Below are positions 60,988 to 63,284 of a DNA stretch of 63,284 nt, in pieces. The notes beneath the pieces were generated by a model. That model worked only from the letters and a program-made list of their open reading frames with translations. It was not told the origin of the DNA and searched no databases. The first letter of the stretch is position 1; every line of letters starts with the position of its first letter. The stretch comes from Patescibacteria group bacterium (GTDB lineage Bacteria > Patescibacteriota > Patescibacteriia > S139-126 > S139-133), in the NCBI GenBank assembly GCA_049604715.1, contig JBMYTV010000006.1, forward strand, positions 1-63,284, given 5' to 3'. Position numbers and translations under genes: made by a program.

Positions 60988-62052
60988 TCATTTTCTATTA
61001 TACCTCTCACTAGCTGACTTTAAAAATCCTTTTATAATAACTTTTTCAGCTAACTTTTTTGATAATCCACGGGATTGCAAATACCGTAGCTGCTGCTCAT
61101 CAACCATACCAAGTGTTGCACCATGCGATGCAACCACATCATTATTTAAAATTTCTAAATTTGGCACTGCGCGGACATTAGCCTTCTCGGACAAAAGAAG
61201 AACGTCTTGCTGAAGATATGAGTTTGTATCAAGAGCCTTTTTGCCAATATCAATCCAACCATCAATCTTAACATTTGCTCGATTGCGGCCAACAGACTTA
61301 ACTACCACATCTGCAGTAGTATGCTTTGCTTTGTGATAGTTCACAATATTACCGTACACATGTGACTGCTTATGAGCATCAAGCATCCAGGTATGACTTG
61401 TTTTTGTCTCTACACCACTGTGTACTACATGATGAGTATGTAGCTGTGTTGTCTGCGGACTCATCTGTTGCAATGCGGTTAGAGTTGAGCATTTTGCTAA
61501 ATAAAAAACATAATGTGACTGATATGTGTATTTTGCATAAGCTTCTATATGATACCGAACACTTGCTCCAGCACCCACATCAACGAATACACTTGCCCCA
61601 CCAAAAGGGGCATCTTGTATACTATGTGTGTCACGTATTTCAACCTCTGCATTTTTACCAATACGCAAGTATACACACCCCCAATAATCAAATAGCTGGT
61701 TTGTAAAATCTAGCCGTACTTTTGAGTTTGATTTAATATCTATAACTATATGTGTTTTGGCATGAGCTTGCTGCGTGAATACAGACTTACTGGTGTGTTT
61801 GCCTTGTGACTGCAACAACTTTACAAAACGTTTTTGAGTAGCTGAATTTGTCTTTTGTATATCATATATACGGACAGCACCCGGCTTACCATCATACCAA
61901 ATAATATTAGTGGCAAAATCTCTTGCCTTGAGTGTCTCACTTGGTTTACTCTTGAGCAAAACTTTCCAATCCCAAGATCTTACTCCACGCTCCCATTCCA
62001 TGTTACGTGATTTCTTCTTAAACTCATTTTGTATTGTCTTAATTTCTTTCAT
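60988..62052 (-). CDS. sufD: Fe-S cluster assembly protein SufD (start revised to MKEIKTIQ)
   Basis: It follows sufB. C-terminal pattern ...ASHGATLGMVDEQQLRYLQSRGLSKKLAEKVIIKGF is typical of the SufB/SufD family. Confidence 0.75.
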   Translation of the reverse strand: MKEIKTIQNEFKKKSRNMEWERGVRSWDWKVLLKSKPSETLKARDFATNIIWYDGKPGAVRIYDIQKTNSATQKRFVKLLQSQGKHTSKSVFTQQAHAKTHIVIDIKSNSKVRLDFTNQLFDYWGCVYLRIGKNAEVEIRDTHSIQDAPFGGASVFVDVGAGASVRYHIEAYAKYTYQSHYVFYLAKCSTLTALQQMSPQTTQLHTHHVVHSGVETKTSHTWMLDAHKQSHVYGNIVNYHKAKHTTADVVVKSVGRNRANVKIDGWIDIGKKALDTNSYLQQDVLLLSEKANVRAVPNLEILNNDVVASHGATLGMVDEQQLRYLQSRGLSKKLAEKVIIKGFLKSASERYNRK

Positions 62053-62056
62053 ATGA

Positions 62057-63284
62057 TTACCCAACGCTTCCCTCCATTTCCATTTCAATGAGACGATTCA
62101 ACTCCAAGGCATACTCCATTGGAAGCTCCTTAGCAAAAACTTCCATAAACCCAGCCACTATAAGTCTTTCAGCATCTTCTTGTGTGAGGCCTCTGGACAT
62201 AAGGTACATGAGCTGACTTTCCGATACTTTTGAGACAGTTGCCTCATGTTCAATACTAACGCGTTTGTTATCTACTTGCATAGTTGGGTAAGTATCAGTT
62301 CGCGATGCTTCATCAAGCAGCAGTGCATCACAGTTTACTTTTACTTTTACGTCTGTTGCATGTGGCGCCACTTGTACCAATCCACGGTATGAACTTCGTC
62401 CGCCGTCTTTGGAAATAGATTTTGAAATAATCTTTGATGATGTACGAGGTGCCAAATGAATTACCTTAGCACCTGCATCTTGATGCTGATTTTTCCCAGC
62501 AAATGCCACAGAAATAATATCAGCTTTAGCACCTGGTTCCTTCATAATAACTGCTGGGTACTTCATGGTCAGCTTTGACCCCAAATTTCCATCTATCCAC
62601 TCAACTAAAGAGTCCTGATAAGCAATAGCGCGTTTTGTCACTAAGTTATAAATATTATGTGACCAGTTTTGTATAGTGGTATACCTAACCTTTGCGTCTT
62701 TAAGTGCTACAATCTCTACAACTGCGGCGTGGAGTGAATCTTTTGAATACATTGGTGCAGTGCATCCTTCGATATAGTGAATACTTGCACCCTCATCAAC
62801 AATAATAAGAGTTCGCTCAAATTGGCCTATACTAGGAGCATTAATACGAAAATACGCTTGAAGCGGCGCACTCACATGCACGCCTTTGGGTACATAAATA
62901 AACGAGCCACCAGACCATACTGCGCTATTGAGACTAGCAAACTTGTTGTCACCGAGCGGCACAGCTGTGCCAAAATGTTTTTTTACAAGATCAGGATACA
63001 GCCGCGGCGCTTCTGACATATCGCAAAAAACAACACCAAGTTTGGTCCATTGCTCTTTGAGTTTGTGGTAAATAACCTCAGATTCGTACTGCGCGCCAAC
63101 GCCAGCTAAAAACTTACGCTCTGCTTGCGGGATACCAAGTCGATCAAATGTATTTTTGATATAATCTGGTACGTCATTCCAGTCAGTGGACTGTTTTTCA
63201 TTCGGGCGAAAATAATATGTAATAGCATCAAAGTCAATGCTGCTCATGTCACCACCCCAAGCAGGCATTTCTTTTTTCTTAAAT
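62057..63284 (-). CDS. sufB: Fe-S cluster assembly protein SufB (5' end outside the window)
   Basis: ...[21 protein letters not shown]..., [34 protein letters not shown]. The frame stays open upstream of the listed Met to the window edge. Confidence 0.9.
   Translation of the reverse strand, partial: FKKKEMPAWGGDMSSIDFDAITYYFRPNEKQSTDWNDVPDYIKNTFDRLGIPQAERKFLAGVGAQYESEVIYHKLKEQWTKLGVVFCDMSEAPRLYPDLVKKHFGTAVPLGDNKFASLNSAVWSGGSFIYVPKGVHVSAPLQAYFRINAPSIGQFERTLIIVDEGASIHYIEGCTAPMYSKDSLHAAVVEIVALKDAKVRYTTIQNWSHNIYNLVTKRAIAYQDSLVEWIDGNLGSKLTMKYPAVIMKEPGAKADIISVAFAGKNQHQDAGAKVIHLAPRTSSKIISKSISKDGGRSSYRGLVQVAPHATDVKVKVNCDALLLDEASRTDTYPTMQVDNKRVSIEHEATVSKVSESQLMYLMSRGLTQEDAERLIVAGFMEVFAKELPMEYALELNRLIEMEMEGSVG

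Overview
This is a low-GC (roughly 35-40% by eye) bacterial window using the standard genetic code; long ORFs are intact with TGA, TAA and TAG all acting as stops. Gene content (a giant surface protein, a TPR/O-antigen-ligase-like membrane protein, sufBDSU, and a T-box leader) suggests a Gram-positive-type or Patescibacteria-like uncultivated organism. That lineage call is inference only.

The window has two parts.

(1) Positions ~1-22.3 kb are an accessory island.
- A 2584-aa secreted SpvB/FG-GAP/RHS (TcB-TcC-like) polymorphic toxin is followed by small immunity-like genes.
- Two 5'-truncated orphan Rhs C-terminal toxin cassettes each have a downstream immunity candidate.
- An HNH protein lies between the main toxin and the first orphan.
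- A ~7.5 kb mobile-element-like insert carries a large serine recombinase broken by one in-frame TAG, an OLD-family ATPase/TOPRIM + AbiJ-like HEPN + zinc-ribbon operon, a ParB-fused DNA methyltransferase and a TerS-like HTH protein.
- The island also holds two unclassified structured RNA candidates and a sequence element present in three intergenic copies.

(2) Positions ~22.3-63.3 kb are mostly core genes:
- envelope and surface proteins, and an ECF sigma/anti-sigma pair;
- a PIG-L (BshB1-like) deacetylase and a beta-CASP RNase;
- rlmH, maf and a lexA/dinB SOS module;
- suf Fe-S assembly genes.

The most striking item in the core part is a textbook T-box riboswitch (T-box sequence, antiterminator and terminator all readable). 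It sits in front of the first gene of a cluster containing three divergent GCS2/YbdK-type carboxylate-amine ligases, an ATP-grasp-like protein, two paralogous M20 peptidases and an M32 carboxypeptidase. This is not a canonical T-box regulon and may be an undescribed amino-acid-responsive ligase/peptidase system.

All functional calls come from motif recognition by eye. No database searches were run.
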